This document shows positions 47,533 through 57,453 of a DNA stretch of 63,717 nt, in pieces. Origin of the DNA: Candidatus Thorarchaeota archaeon. GTDB taxonomy: Archaea; Asgardarchaeota; Thorarchaeia; Thorarchaeales; Thorarchaeaceae. Within the stretch, counting starts at the first letter, position 1. Every line of letters starts with the position of its first letter. The position numbers and the translations under genes are program-made. The DNA lies in NCBI GenBank assembly GCA_048884965.1, contig JBHLQH010000020.1:1-63717 (forward strand), in the 5' to 3' direction. The notes below the pieces were generated by a model. It made no database searches. It worked only from the letters and a program-made list of their open reading frames with translations, and was not told the DNA's origin.

Positions 47533-49182
47533 ATGGTCCATCGATGGCTAGCAATAGCAAAGGCAGAATTCAATGTCCAAATGAGCGGTCGCAAGAGGAG
47601 AGTACCCGTCATGCTTATGACTCTGGTTCTTGGAGTCTTCTGGGCTTTGGCATTAGTGCCAATTCTTATGGAATTCATCCTCACCGAGATTATTGGGATT
47701 TCCTCCAGTATTCTAGTGTTATTGATGCCCCAAGTACTAAGGGCTGGACTGATGCTCATCTGGTTCATTCTTTTACTGTACCCTCTTACGAATGCACTCA
47801 AAGAAGTACGGATAGGACAATGGGAAATCCTCATTGCTAACAGCGCGTCAAGTCGAGATATCTTTCTAGGCACCTTTCTAGGGAAATTGCCTGTGAATGG
47901 TCTGATTGTTCTATATCTGGCTCCCGTTCTTATCTCTCCATTTGTCATTGCATTGGAGATAGCAGTGAGTGGTCAGATCTTGATATATGGCACCATAGCT
48001 ATTCTGACCTTAGGTGCGATCTGGCTCTCAGATTTCCTCGTGACTTTTGCCCAAGCTCGATTAGGTGGATCCGAACGCGGCAGGGGTATAGCTAGTGCTA
48101 TGGCAATCCTGCTAGGTATGGTTACGATCCTTCCTCTTGTAGGTTTCCAGCTCTTCGCATCACAAATGCTGGAGATATTCTCTCAGGATATCTTCCTTTG
48201 GTTTCCATTTACTTGGAGTGCAGACCTTATCACTGCCATAGCACATCAATTCATGGGCGTTGGAAGTGAATACATTCCCCCATTGACATCTGGGTATGCT
48301 CCATTCTTCAACCTCGTCTTTTTGCTAGGGTATACCTCATTATTGATCATTGGATCCCTTCTCTCTATCAATCGGCTGATCTTGCTTAACACTGAGTCGG
48401 GAAAGCAAAGCACTCGAAAGATAACGAGCGATTCCGCATTAGGTCGAGGCCTTCGAAAACTCACTCCAGGCACCTTTGGAAGTGTCATACTCTCGGTCAT
48501 GAAGGTATTCACCAGGACACCTCAGAATCTTGCAAGACTTGGACAGATGATAGGAATGTCACTTTTCCTTCCAATCTTGATAGGATTCGTTGTAGCAGGA
48601 AGTTCTGGTGAAGTCGAGTTCATGATGGTACTGATTATGGTGTCATTGGCATTCGCTCTCCTAAGTGGTCAGACATTTGGAGCTACTGGCTTTTTGGAAT
48701 CGCGCGACCAATTGTGGCTCTTACAGAGTATACCTCATGGAACAAGTATATTCATCAGGGCACGACTTGTGCAAACGACACTATTCTTAGTCCCCTGTGC
48801 AATGCTTTCTTCCCTTGTCCTTACGTTTGTGATGGGTCTAACGTTTCTCGAATCTGTCCTGTTATTCCTCATTCCTTTTGCCATGGGAATGGGCTCAGCC
48901 CTAGTAGCTATTGGAGTAACTGCGAGCAATCCAATCTATGATGAAACGAATAGCGCTACTTTGAAGGCCAATATAACCAAGTTCATGGTCATTACCCTAC
49001 TATCATTCATGCTCTACACAATACTCGATATGGTACTAGGAATTGTTTTTGGCCTAGGGGGTCTGACACAGATGGTATATGCGAACACATCTCTCTACAT
49101 GCTGGTATTTTTCGGACCATTACCGGTTATCGGCAGTGCCATCTTCATTCGAGGAACCCGGAACTTCAACAGATTGGAATAA
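47533..49182 (+). CDS. ABC-2-type exporter permease
   Basis: About 12 TM; follows the ATPase; EVRIGQWEILIAN; start MVHRW chosen from the GGAGG RBS and paralog alignment. Confidence 0.8.
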   Translation: MVHRWLAIAKAEFNVQMSGRKRRVPVMLMTLVLGVFWALALVPILMEFILTEIIGISSSILVLLMPQVLRAGLMLIWFILLLYPLTNALKEVRIGQWEILIANSASSRDIFLGTFLGKLPVNGLIVLYLAPVLISPFVIALEIAVSGQILIYGTIAILTLGAIWLSDFLVTFAQARLGGSERGRGIASAMAILLGMVTILPLVGFQLFASQMLEIFSQDIFLWFPFTWSADLITAIAHQFMGVGSEYIPPLTSGYAPFFNLVFLLGYTSLLIIGSLLSINRLILLNTESGKQSTRKITSDSALGRGLRKLTPGTFGSVILSVMKVFTRTPQNLARLGQMIGMSLFLPILIGFVVAGSSGEVEFMMVLIMVSLAFALLSGQTFGATGFLESRDQLWLLQSIPHGTSIFIRARLVQTTLFLVPCAMLSSLVLTFVMGLTFLESVLLFLIPFAMGMGSALVAIGVTASNPIYDETNSATLKANITKFMVITLLSFMLYTILDMVLGIVFGLGGLTQMVYANTSLYMLVFFGPLPVIGSAIFIRGTRNFNRLE

Positions 49183-49196
49183 TCGTACACTCGAAC

Positions 49197-49230
49197 GGGT
49201 CAGTAGAACTCGCTGACCCTCTCCCTTTCT
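49197..49230 (+). terminator. Hairpin terminator candidate
   Basis: GGGTCAG...CTGACCC followed by a pyrimidine tract. Confidence 0.5.
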
Positions 49231-49264
49231 AACTCCAACTACCTATTGATTCTCAAACTTCAGC

Positions 49265-49717
49265 CTATTTCGATCCGGACTTGGATAATGCACATAATCC
49301 GAGGATGATAGTCACTAAGCCACCAAACACAAACATCGTGGATATATTGTACATTGTAGTTTCAATTTCCGCTAGTCTGACTAAGATCTGCCCTGCGACG
49401 AAGAGAGCAATTCCGCCTCCGAGTATTGCTTTGGGAACTAATAGTGACGGAGCTGGAGGAAGCTCGAACTCCTCCTTGGGAGTTTCTGAAATCGTGGGCA
49501 TTTTGATATCTGTTCGATAGAACCTGATTTCATCCGGACTCATGTAGCCAGCGACCCTTCCTTCATCAACTGCTTCAAGAATAAGGGTGCGCACAAGAGA
49601 TTCATCGAGTTCTAGTTGTTCTGCTATTAGGGGAATAGCACTCACATTGCTTTCAATGAGTTGTATGATATCGTCCTTCAGCTTTGCATTGTCGTGAACA
49701 ACTACTTCATGAGTCAT
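49265..49717 (-). CDS. PCI-like winged-helix domain with C-terminal TM hairpin
   Basis: IPLIAEQLELDESLVRTLILEAVDEGRVAGYMS..E.RF, then two TM helices. Confidence 0.6.
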   Translation of the reverse strand: MTHEVVVHDNAKLKDDIIQLIESNVSAIPLIAEQLELDESLVRTLILEAVDEGRVAGYMSPDEIRFYRTDIKMPTISETPKEEFELPPAPSLLVPKAILGGGIALFVAGQILVRLAEIETTMYNISTMFVFGGLVTIILGLCALSKSGSK

Positions 49718-49853
49718 ATATTACACCTTCAGACTGCACCAAAAAAGTATGAATATGTGCTATTGGATGGGAGCATGTCATATTATGGCGATTTCGTATC
49801 TTAGTTGGGATAAAAACTACATCCCATGTAAAAATGTGGCAATTATGTCCCTA

Positions 49854-50753
49854 TTAGATGTTCTCAAGCATTTTATCAAGATGCATCTCACGCAAGCCAG
49901 GAGCTCGCTTTATTGTAAAGACAGCTCCCATTGATTCGAGCTTTAAGGCTTCGTTGACCGAGATCGACTCAACAATGGGAATGGTTTCATTCAGACTTGA
50001 TAGTATGATGAATGCGAACACTACTGATTCGTGGGCTGAGAAAGATAGGTTGTAGAGAGATTCAGAGAACTTGGACTCCATCCAATTCGTGATATCATCA
50101 AGATTCGCTTTCCGAGGGTCCCATTTCATACGCAGAACAACAATCGTATTCTTACTGGATTGCAGATTTACTTCTGTCGTAAGTGTGATCGCATTCGAAG
50201 TTATGATCTCATCTAGCAATCTTCGGACTCTTTTGAGGGATAGTCCAGTGGCCTTGGCGATTCCTTGATGGCTCATCCTTGGGTTCATTCGCAGTGCTTT
50301 GATAACGCACAATTGCTGTTCCGAGAATTCCTTTATGCTTCCTGGATTCACAGGAATGGTATGGATTAGGACTTTGTTGGTCCCACGTAAGCTTTCGAAA
50401 TAGGATCGCATTTCAAGAAGTCCTCTAGATCCGGAATACTCTGCTCGAATCACATATGACCCTGAGTTATCATACCCAACAGATAGTACTCCCGGGTGTG
50501 AGATGATATTTTCCATGATGGTATCATCAAAACGATACTCCTTGCTATCAATGAAAATCACAGCAAATTCTGCATTCACCATGGCAAAGCTTGGCAGGAT
50601 GACGAATTTCTCAATGACCCCGTTTTGCTCAAGCTTCTCAATCCTTCTTCTGACTGTGTTCGATGTAACATCTATTTTCTTTGCGATATCCTCGTAGCTC
50701 TCTCTACAGTTCTTTCCTAGAATTCGAAGAATCTTGATGTCTATTCCGTCCAA
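49854..50753 (-). CDS. Duplicated Lrp/AsnC family transcriptional regulator
   Basis: MD.ID.KIL..L..NCR.SY..IAK..D..SNTV.RRI.KL; second HTH NPRMS...IAK.TGLS.K.V.R.L. Confidence 0.88.
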   Translation of the reverse strand: MDGIDIKILRILGKNCRESYEDIAKKIDVTSNTVRRRIEKLEQNGVIEKFVILPSFAMVNAEFAVIFIDSKEYRFDDTIMENIISHPGVLSVGYDNSGSYVIRAEYSGSRGLLEMRSYFESLRGTNKVLIHTIPVNPGSIKEFSEQQLCVIKALRMNPRMSHQGIAKATGLSLKRVRRLLDEIITSNAITLTTEVNLQSSKNTIVVLRMKWDPRKANLDDITNWMESKFSESLYNLSFSAHESVVFAFIILSSLNETIPIVESISVNEALKLESMGAVFTIKRAPGLREMHLDKMLENI

Positions 50754-50882
50754 GGTATGTCTGATTCCATGCTAGTACTATCTTTGTCTTTTGGTCTCCG
50801 CTGTACGAAGTGCACAGAGCGAAAAGCTCACACTTAGCAAAGCTAATGACCTCCAAGAAAGGGCAAGGCAGTCACTCAAGGG

Positions 50883-51353
50883 ATGAATACAATGCAGAAA
50901 GAGTCAGTACAGGATCGTTGGCCCCAAGAAGCTACCTATTGTTGGGGTTGTGGCAGGAATAACACGCATGGTCTTCAGTTGAAGAGCTATTGGGAAGACG
51001 ATGAGACCATAGCAACTTGGACTCCAAAGGAATACCATCTTGCTTTCCCTGGTATCCTCAATGGAGGTGTTATCTCTACAATAATCGACTGTCATGGAAC
51101 TGGCACAGCAAATGCCTATCATCATAGACTGAACGAAAGTAAAGATCATCACATGCACGTAACAGCTAGTCTGAAGGTGAAGTTTCTGAAGCCAACCCCC
51201 TTGGATCAGCCTGTGACTCTACGCGCAAGGGTCCGGGAAACAGATGGGCGTAGAACCATCGTTGATTGTGACCTATATTCTGGAGATGAGAAGTGTGTCA
51301 CAGGAGAGGTCATAACTGCCCGTGTGGATTTCTCTAAATTCCTGAATGAATAG
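50883..51353 (+). CDS. PaaI/hotdog-fold thioesterase
   Basis: CWGCG..N..GL.L, GILNGG....IIDC, VTASL.VKFLKPTP. Confidence 0.88.
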   Translation: MNTMQKESVQDRWPQEATYCWGCGRNNTHGLQLKSYWEDDETIATWTPKEYHLAFPGILNGGVISTIIDCHGTGTANAYHHRLNESKDHHMHVTASLKVKFLKPTPLDQPVTLRARVRETDGRRTIVDCDLYSGDEKCVTGEVITARVDFSKFLNE

Positions 51354-51423
51354 GGTTCGATGATACATCCCCCGATGATTTTTCAGAGCGTCTGCACTTC
51401 AGTATCTTTCTGGAGGTATCTAA

Positions 51424-52272
51424 GTGACATCTCAAAAAGGAGCAATAAGCGTACTTGTATTTCTGGCATTGATTGGGTTTCTTCTCAGCGTGATTTTTTC
51501 AATGAGAGGTGACATGGCAGAACTCAATCCTTTACTGAATATACCCACTGCCTATCATTTCCTACTATTCGCTTTCCTGATTCCTATGTTCGCAAGTGTT
51601 CTCACTGTGTTGATTTTTCCTAGAATCATTGCACCGCTTTTTATGAGAACCAAGAAGGTGTTCATGAGGGGTCATAAGGACAGATACATCGTAATGCCTG
51701 AGCGTCAACTAAGTCTGCGGAAATGGTTCAGTCGAGCTTTTCTCACTGCCCTTCTCGTGCTAGGTATCTTATCCGTTGTGATTAATGTCATCGACCCTCA
51801 AATTATGATGTCTCCCAAAGAGATCACTGAATTCCCTCTTGATGGAATTAGTGAGGAATTCTTCAAATATACTCCCCCTGTCATTATCACTCTAACCGGA
51901 CTCATTGCTCCAATTGCTGTGGGTTTCTGGGCTGTATCGTGGATACTCGAGGATGCAGGATTAGTACATTATCAATTCTCGGACGATGACTCTCCCCTCT
52001 TTGAGGTAGAGCCTGTCTATCTACGGTTGAAGGGCTACTTGAAAGGATATGCAGGTCTCTCGTCAATCCTGTTCTTCATCTCTATGATTCTCATCTTCTA
52101 TTCAGTTCCCGCTGTACTGGAAACTGCTATTTTCACTACATTCATTCCAATGTTCTCTATTCTGCAAACAATCCCTGCCTATCTCGTTTACACGAGATTG
52201 GATCCAGGATACTTGAGAAATAACGTAAAAGAGATGAAGCAACTTACTGAAGCGAGCTTTGATGCAAACTAG
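51424..52272 (+). CDS. Polytopic membrane protein
   Basis: About 6 TM helices; GGAGG RBS. Confidence 0.7.
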   Translation: MTSQKGAISVLVFLALIGFLLSVIFSMRGDMAELNPLLNIPTAYHFLLFAFLIPMFASVLTVLIFPRIIAPLFMRTKKVFMRGHKDRYIVMPERQLSLRKWFSRAFLTALLVLGILSVVINVIDPQIMMSPKEITEFPLDGISEEFFKYTPPVIITLTGLIAPIAVGFWAVSWILEDAGLVHYQFSDDDSPLFEVEPVYLRLKGYLKGYAGLSSILFFISMILIFYSVPAVLETAIFTTFIPMFSILQTIPAYLVYTRLDPGYLRNNVKEMKQLTEASFDAN

Positions 52273-52290
52273 ATGGTCGATTGGAATAGA

Positions 52291-52310
52291 TGAGAGGGAA
52301 ACACCTCTCA
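52291..52310. terminator. Hairpin between convergent genes
   Basis: TGAGAGG-gaaaca-CCTCTCA. Confidence 0.45.
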
Positions 52311-53033
52311 TTTCATTTCTGTTCCTTTCAGGGCCTTCTCAACATTTCTTATATGATGGTCAATTGTTGCCTTGTCATACACATTCGATGTAGAGGCGAG
52401 AAGCTGCATCACTCCTGAAATTCTGTAATCCTTCCGCTTTAGAGCATCTATGAGCCTCCGATGAATAGATGGGCATAGAATGGTGAAGTGGATGATCTCC
52501 TCAAAAGATGACACATATCGCTTCCAGAGCTCACTGCCCTCTTGCATTGACTCGATTGCTTCCTGACGTTCTCGTGTCCACACCTTCCGAATCTCCTTGA
52601 AGGTCCTATCAAGGAATTGGTCAAGTTCTCTATTCTCCCTCAAAGTTGACCTGAGTGAGGTGATGATCGCCATAGGATAGAATGGCACTGTTTCTCCCTT
52701 TTTGTAATAGTCCCGAAGAGTTACAGCACTCCATGTGAATGGAAGAAGTGCAAGATGCCCTCTAACAACTCCTACGACTTTACTCGAATTCGTATCCTCT
52801 GCCCACAGTTGGAAGAGTCTGCTACCCTTTGCACGCACATCTGGCGTATTCTCTGACCAGTCGTAGAGATTTGTATAGTCTAGCGCCCATGGACCTAGCT
52901 CCTCCAGTATCTGGGATGCATCGATATCAGAGCGTGTATCATAGAGGGGCTCTAGGATACTCTGGACATCAAACTCTGTCATTCGGTCAACATCAATGGA
53001 TTCCTTCAACCCATCATGAAATTTGAGCTTCAA
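52308..53033 (-). CDS. Hypothetical protein (possibly divergent GNAT-like fold)
   Basis: 241-aa ORF downstream of the helicase; FQLWAE...KVVGVV strand pattern; no clear CoA-binding motif. Confidence 0.6.
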   Translation of the reverse strand: MKLKFHDGLKESIDVDRMTEFDVQSILEPLYDTRSDIDASQILEELGPWALDYTNLYDWSENTPDVRAKGSRLFQLWAEDTNSSKVVGVVRGHLALLPFTWSAVTLRDYYKKGETVPFYPMAIITSLRSTLRENRELDQFLDRTFKEIRKVWTRERQEAIESMQEGSELWKRYVSSFEEIIHFTILCPSIHRRLIDALKRKDYRISGVMQLLASTSNVYDKATIDHHIRNVEKALKGTEMK

Positions 53034-53081
53034 TCTGACCTTCTCCTCTCTATTTTAGTCAGAAACTGAAACATAATTAAC

Positions 53082-54857
53082 CTACTGCATCAAATCGCTT
53101 GTATCTGATAGAGCACCAAGTTTTCGTCCCAACAGTTCGAGAAACATCGTGTCTCTCTTTAAGGACTTCTCATTCTCTACTGTCTGATCATAGGCAATCG
53201 TATACAAAGTCTTGACATGACTAACGTTACTGCGAATTCTCCCAAGACTCTGCTCATACCGTTCAAGTGAAGCCGTGGTTCCATAGTAGAATCCCACATC
53301 CGCCTCCGGTAAGTCCGTGCCCTTCTCGATCAGCCGTTCAGATGCAAAGAGTACGGTTTCTGCTCCTTCCTTGAACGACTTTATGCGTGCATGCTGAGTC
53401 GATCCATCCAATCCACCATGGACATATGTAGCTGAGAAGCCCTTGGATTGCATGAGCTCTGCCAAGTACCTTGTGACTTCTACAAACCTGCACATGACTA
53501 GGACCTTTTTCACCTCTTTTGACATCTTCTCGATCCAGAAGAGCAGTCGCTTCTCCTTCTCCCCCAAGTATCCTTCACTTGCCATTACCTCTTCCATCTT
53601 CTTTGTAATCTCGTCTTTAATCTCAAGGAAATCATTGTTCGTAAGAAGGGTCCTGTTTGAGATATTGTTGATGAACTTGTGAAGTGACTTGAAGGTGCTC
53701 TCAAGTAACCGCTGTCTGGTCACTGTCATTAGAAGATACGCGCTTGCATGGGAAAGGTATTGATGCATCTGATCCTGGTTCCCTCCAAGTTTCTCGAGCA
53801 ACTTATTCTGAAGTGTCTTCTTTCCCAGTAGATCGGATACGAAAAGGAGAATCCTATCCTTCGGAATCTCTTTCCTTCCCGTGATCATCACATAGGCTTT
53901 GGCAAGCTTCGAGTAGGCTGCATTCCGAACTGTTGTGATCAAGGAGTCAATCCTTGACACCCATTCATCGAATACCCTGATTTGCTTCAGTTCGTATGCT
54001 GGTCTGTATGACTCGAAGTCATCACCTGCTGGATGGATTTCAACGACTCTCTCGCCGCCGAAATTTGTCTTGAATAGGTCGATTTTTGCCTCTTGGGATA
54101 TTGAGGCAGTTAGACCAATGATAATCTTCGGTGAATCTTGGGAAAGGAGTCCGAGGAAATTAAGGATCGGCTCAAATCTCTTGTTGAGTCGATAGTTCTT
54201 TGCTTCAAACTCTCGAATCAACGCATTGGCGATCCCCTCTTCACTAATCTCACTCCCCTCGAAGCCCTCCCGTTTCTGCATCTCCTCCTTTAGATCCTGA
54301 ACGATCTTCGTGAACTCGCGACCATTGCCAAATCGCCTCTCAATATACTCTATAGTTTCATCACGTGGTCGTTTTATTCCATAGGACTGCGCGAACATAT
54401 CGAAAATCTCATCGATAATGACTACCTTGACCTTATCCAGGGTCTCTCGGTCTATCCTGTTGAATCGACCCACAACTGAATTCATGAGTAGTACTGGTGT
54501 AGCGAAGAGGAATTTCGAGATATCTGCATGCTTTCTCGCCATCTGGGGCGGAATGCCCTTTTGCTCTTCCAAAAGATAGAGGTGACCATAGTTACCAAGA
54601 CCATACTGTTGAGCCATATCATGGAGCTGATACTTCAGTTTCCGATCTTGCACAAGGAAAAGGACCTTCTCATTATCAGCAACTATCTCTCTTTCAATGA
54701 GCATCTCAACAATCAATGATGCAATGAGAGTCTTCCCCATCCCTGTAGGCAAGAGTACTAGGAATGCAGTCTTCCCTTCCTCTTCTAGGTTATGAATGAC
54801 CTGGTCTCTTGCATTGATTTGATAGGAACGAGGTTCAAACTCCCTGTCAGCATCCAT
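53082..54857 (-). CDS. SF2 helicase, Hef/FANCM-like, no nuclease domain
   Basis: EPRSYQ Q-motif, LPTGMGKT, IIDEIF, GLTAS, EKGTDLP, EQSLGR. Confidence 0.8.
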   Translation of the reverse strand: MDADREFEPRSYQINARDQVIHNLEEEGKTAFLVLLPTGMGKTLIASLIVEMLIEREIVADNEKVLFLVQDRKLKYQLHDMAQQYGLGNYGHLYLLEEQKGIPPQMARKHADISKFLFATPVLLMNSVVGRFNRIDRETLDKVKVVIIDEIFDMFAQSYGIKRPRDETIEYIERRFGNGREFTKIVQDLKEEMQKREGFEGSEISEEGIANALIREFEAKNYRLNKRFEPILNFLGLLSQDSPKIIIGLTASISQEAKIDLFKTNFGGERVVEIHPAGDDFESYRPAYELKQIRVFDEWVSRIDSLITTVRNAAYSKLAKAYVMITGRKEIPKDRILLFVSDLLGKKTLQNKLLEKLGGNQDQMHQYLSHASAYLLMTVTRQRLLESTFKSLHKFINNISNRTLLTNNDFLEIKDEITKKMEEVMASEGYLGEKEKRLLFWIEKMSKEVKKVLVMCRFVEVTRYLAELMQSKGFSATYVHGGLDGSTQHARIKSFKEGAETVLFASERLIEKGTDLPEADVGFYYGTTASLERYEQSLGRIRSNVSHVKTLYTIAYDQTVENEKSLKRDTMFLELLGRKLGALSDTSDLMQ

Positions 54858-55122
54858 GTGCGTACGTGTAACTCATTCCCTTTATAAGATTTGAAGCATG
54901 ACCTTGCTCTGACTCTGGATTGTACTGAATGGAAACACTTGATAGTTAATCATGGCTTCATGAGTAACGGATTCATCTATCCACTCCAATTTTCCTATAG
55001 TTAACTTCGTAATGCGTCTTTGCCTGGAGCTTAAATCGCTTATAATGTAGGATAAAGAAAAAGAGAACCAACTCAGACGAAGCCGTCTAAGTTGGGGTGT
55101 GTGTTCATCTGATCCTATGCAA

Positions 55123-55344
55123 TTAGGTAACTGCACCGATGATCAGGAGTATGACTCCAATGCCAACCAAGGCAAGCATGACTTCGGTGAATAGATATCC
55201 ACCAAGATTAAGGGAGTAGATTCCTAGGTTAAAGTAACCTGTAATCATACTCAGATCCACAATCCCAACAAGAAATGTTGCGATGATTGGAAGAAGTCCG
55301 ACGATTAACAATATTATTCCAAGGAGGGCTGCACCTTTTCCCAT
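55123..55344 (-). CDS. Small two-TM membrane protein
   Basis: 73-aa hydrophobic ORF with GAGGATG upstream. Confidence 0.65.
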   Translation of the reverse strand: MGKGAALLGIILLIVGLLPIIATFLVGIVDLSMITGYFNLGIYSLNLGGYLFTEVMLALVGIGVILLIIGAVT

Positions 55345-55439
55345 TATTTCACATCCTCTTCTGTTACCAATAACAAATACCTATTTCAATCTCACTAATT
55401 TCTAATAATTTAGACTACGGTCGTAAGATTATTCCAGAA

Positions 55440-56129
55440 CTAGCTTTTTGCCTTTTTGAAACACTTACGAAGTTCGTCAATTATATCAGGTTCGTTAAGG
55501 AGCAGTCCAAAGAGACCTGAATATTGGATAGTCTGCTCTATCTCCCACCAGTCCCCTCCTGTGATGAGCGTGAGCTCCTTCTCATCTAGTCTTGGAAGGA
55601 CTCGCTCAAAGTGCTTCTCCTTGCCTCGTTCGAATCTAACGATGAAGTCACTAAGCATCTCTTCATCGGCCTCATACCCCTCAAAGACTCCCTTAATAGC
55701 TGTATACAGTCTACCATAGAATGTGCGACCTCTTTCTGATGTCCAATATGATGTGGGAAGTGCCATGTTCTGGAATACCTTGGCAGTTCGACAGTACAGG
55801 ATTTCAGTAGCATTCTTGTCATAATGTACTCGTCTTCCAGCTTGAGTAACGAGACCTACATCCTCAAGGGTTTTGACATATCGGTAAATCGTCGTTGATG
55901 CCTTGTCCTTGATCAAATTGTCTTTCTTCGCGGTTTCGTTGAACTCCTCAACGATTTCATTAAGGGTCATTGGTCCCTGCCGTAGGATTCGAACGATCGC
56001 GTTATAGTTTAGATCCCACAGGACTTGATTGGCATCTTCTTTGGTTAGAACTAGTATTGGTACTGGTTCGTACCGGATCATGTCCTCGTAGTCTTTCTTG
56101 TCCTTTTTCTTAGACACCAGCTGCACCAC
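55440..56129 (-). CDS. ArsR-like winged-helix regulator
   Basis: IVRILRQGPMTLNEI...TTIYRYVKTLEDVGLV...EILYCRTAK. Confidence 0.8.
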   Translation of the reverse strand: MVQLVSKKKDKKDYEDMIRYEPVPILVLTKEDANQVLWDLNYNAIVRILRQGPMTLNEIVEEFNETAKKDNLIKDKASTTIYRYVKTLEDVGLVTQAGRRVHYDKNATEILYCRTAKVFQNMALPTSYWTSERGRTFYGRLYTAIKGVFEGYEADEEMLSDFIVRFERGKEKHFERVLPRLDEKELTLITGGDWWEIEQTIQYSGLFGLLLNEPDIIDELRKCFKKAKS

Positions 56130-56348
56130 CTGAAATCACTGCTCTTTGCGATAAAATCGCTCCGATTACTGCTTGTTCTGTGCTCGCGAGGATGAGCTTG
56201 ACCTTTCGACATATATATCATCTGCATAGGGTGGATTATCAATTTCATTATTTGAAATCACGATTACTTAAAAATAAATCCTTATTTATCATTTTGCACA
56301 CGATGATGTGTAATAGACAGATGATATGGTCTATGGGAGAAAGAGAAA

Positions 56349-57344
56349 ATGGAACTACGCAAAGCAATGCGCCTCATGCTAGGAGCTTTCCTTCTTCTAT
56401 TGGTGATTTCAACACCATACCAGCAACAGACTGCTGCAGAATCCATTCCTGCTCAAGCAAGGACTGATCTAACAGGAATCAAAGTTGCAGTCTATGAAGG
56501 GACATCGTTAGCAAGTGTCATCGCGAGTAAGGATGCACTAGTGCACATGTACGAGTGGATGAATGCGACTGTTGATGTGCTCAATGTTACTCAGATCATT
56601 AATGAGGGGCTGAATGAGTATAGGATTCTCGCAATGCCGGGCGGTAATCCTATCACATTTACGAATAGGTTTGGCTCTGCTGGACGTGCTGTGATTCGAG
56701 AATGGGTGTCACGTGGAGGTTCCTATTTTGGTATCTGTGGCGGAGCAATGTTTGCTGCGCGTGTCACTGATTATGGAGATCCATCCTACTACCAGTTGAA
56801 TCTGTGGAATGGTACAGTCCAAGGCCCATTAGGGTCTGTGAATGACATGACGGAGATTGCTGTGAATACGACCTGTAGCGGTCCTGATCTTGGTGGAGTA
56901 CCAGCTTCTCTAAGCTCAAATTACCAGGGAGGTGGCTATTACGTCCCTGATGAAGGTCAATCGGCCTACACGTATACCCTTGCTACTTACGACTACAATT
57001 CGCAGCCAGCACTTATCGCATCGACCTACGGTACTGGCACCGTATGCTTGTCAGCAACACATGTGGAAATCGAAGAGGATGGAGATAGAGATGGTACAAC
57101 CTACTATGATGACACATGCGATGACTCAGATTCCGAATGGGACTTGATGCTCCAAATATCCCTTTGGCAAATCGAGTCCTCAACTTGGGTCGAACCGACG
57201 CCTACTTCCTCAACCACGACTACCACTACAGCAACCAATGAGACAATTCCAGATGCGACTCTTGATATGGTCCCGATCGCAATCGTTGCTTCTATTGCCA
57301 TAGTTGTTGTCGTCCTTACTGTCGTGATTTTCAAGAAGCGATAA
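56349..57344 (+). CDS. Secreted membrane-anchored BPL_N/class I glutamine amidotransferase-like protein
   Basis: Signal peptide; MPGG, GGSYFGICGGA nucleophile elbow, HVE; Thr linker; C-terminal TM plus KKR. Confidence 0.8.
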   Translation: MELRKAMRLMLGAFLLLLVISTPYQQQTAAESIPAQARTDLTGIKVAVYEGTSLASVIASKDALVHMYEWMNATVDVLNVTQIINEGLNEYRILAMPGGNPITFTNRFGSAGRAVIREWVSRGGSYFGICGGAMFAARVTDYGDPSYYQLNLWNGTVQGPLGSVNDMTEIAVNTTCSGPDLGGVPASLSSNYQGGGYYVPDEGQSAYTYTLATYDYNSQPALIASTYGTGTVCLSATHVEIEEDGDRDGTTYYDDTCDDSDSEWDLMLQISLWQIESSTWVEPTPTSSTTTTTTATNETIPDATLDMVPIAIVASIAIVVVVLTVVIFKKR

Positions 57345-57363
57345 TTTCTGCTGAGCTCCGAAC

Positions 57364-57400
57364 GGGATAGGAGTCTGACTCTTGTCCCACCCTTTTTTTC
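57364..57400 (+). terminator. Hairpin plus U-tract terminator
   Basis: GGGATAGGAGT/ACTCTTGTCCC stem (G-U pairs) followed by acccttttttt. Confidence 0.65.
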
Positions 57401-57420
57401 ACTAATCGATGGGTACAATC

Positions 57421-57453
57421 AAAAAAAGAAGGGGGAGGGGAAATTATCCCCTC
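57421..57453 (-). terminator. Hairpin plus U-tract terminator of the caspase gene
   Basis: GAGGGG-aaattat-CCCCTC; the minus strand continues ccccttcttttttt. Confidence 0.65.

Noticed and set aside
51354-51423. GGTTCGA tRNA T-loop-like sequence
   Set aside because: No cloverleaf can be built around it.
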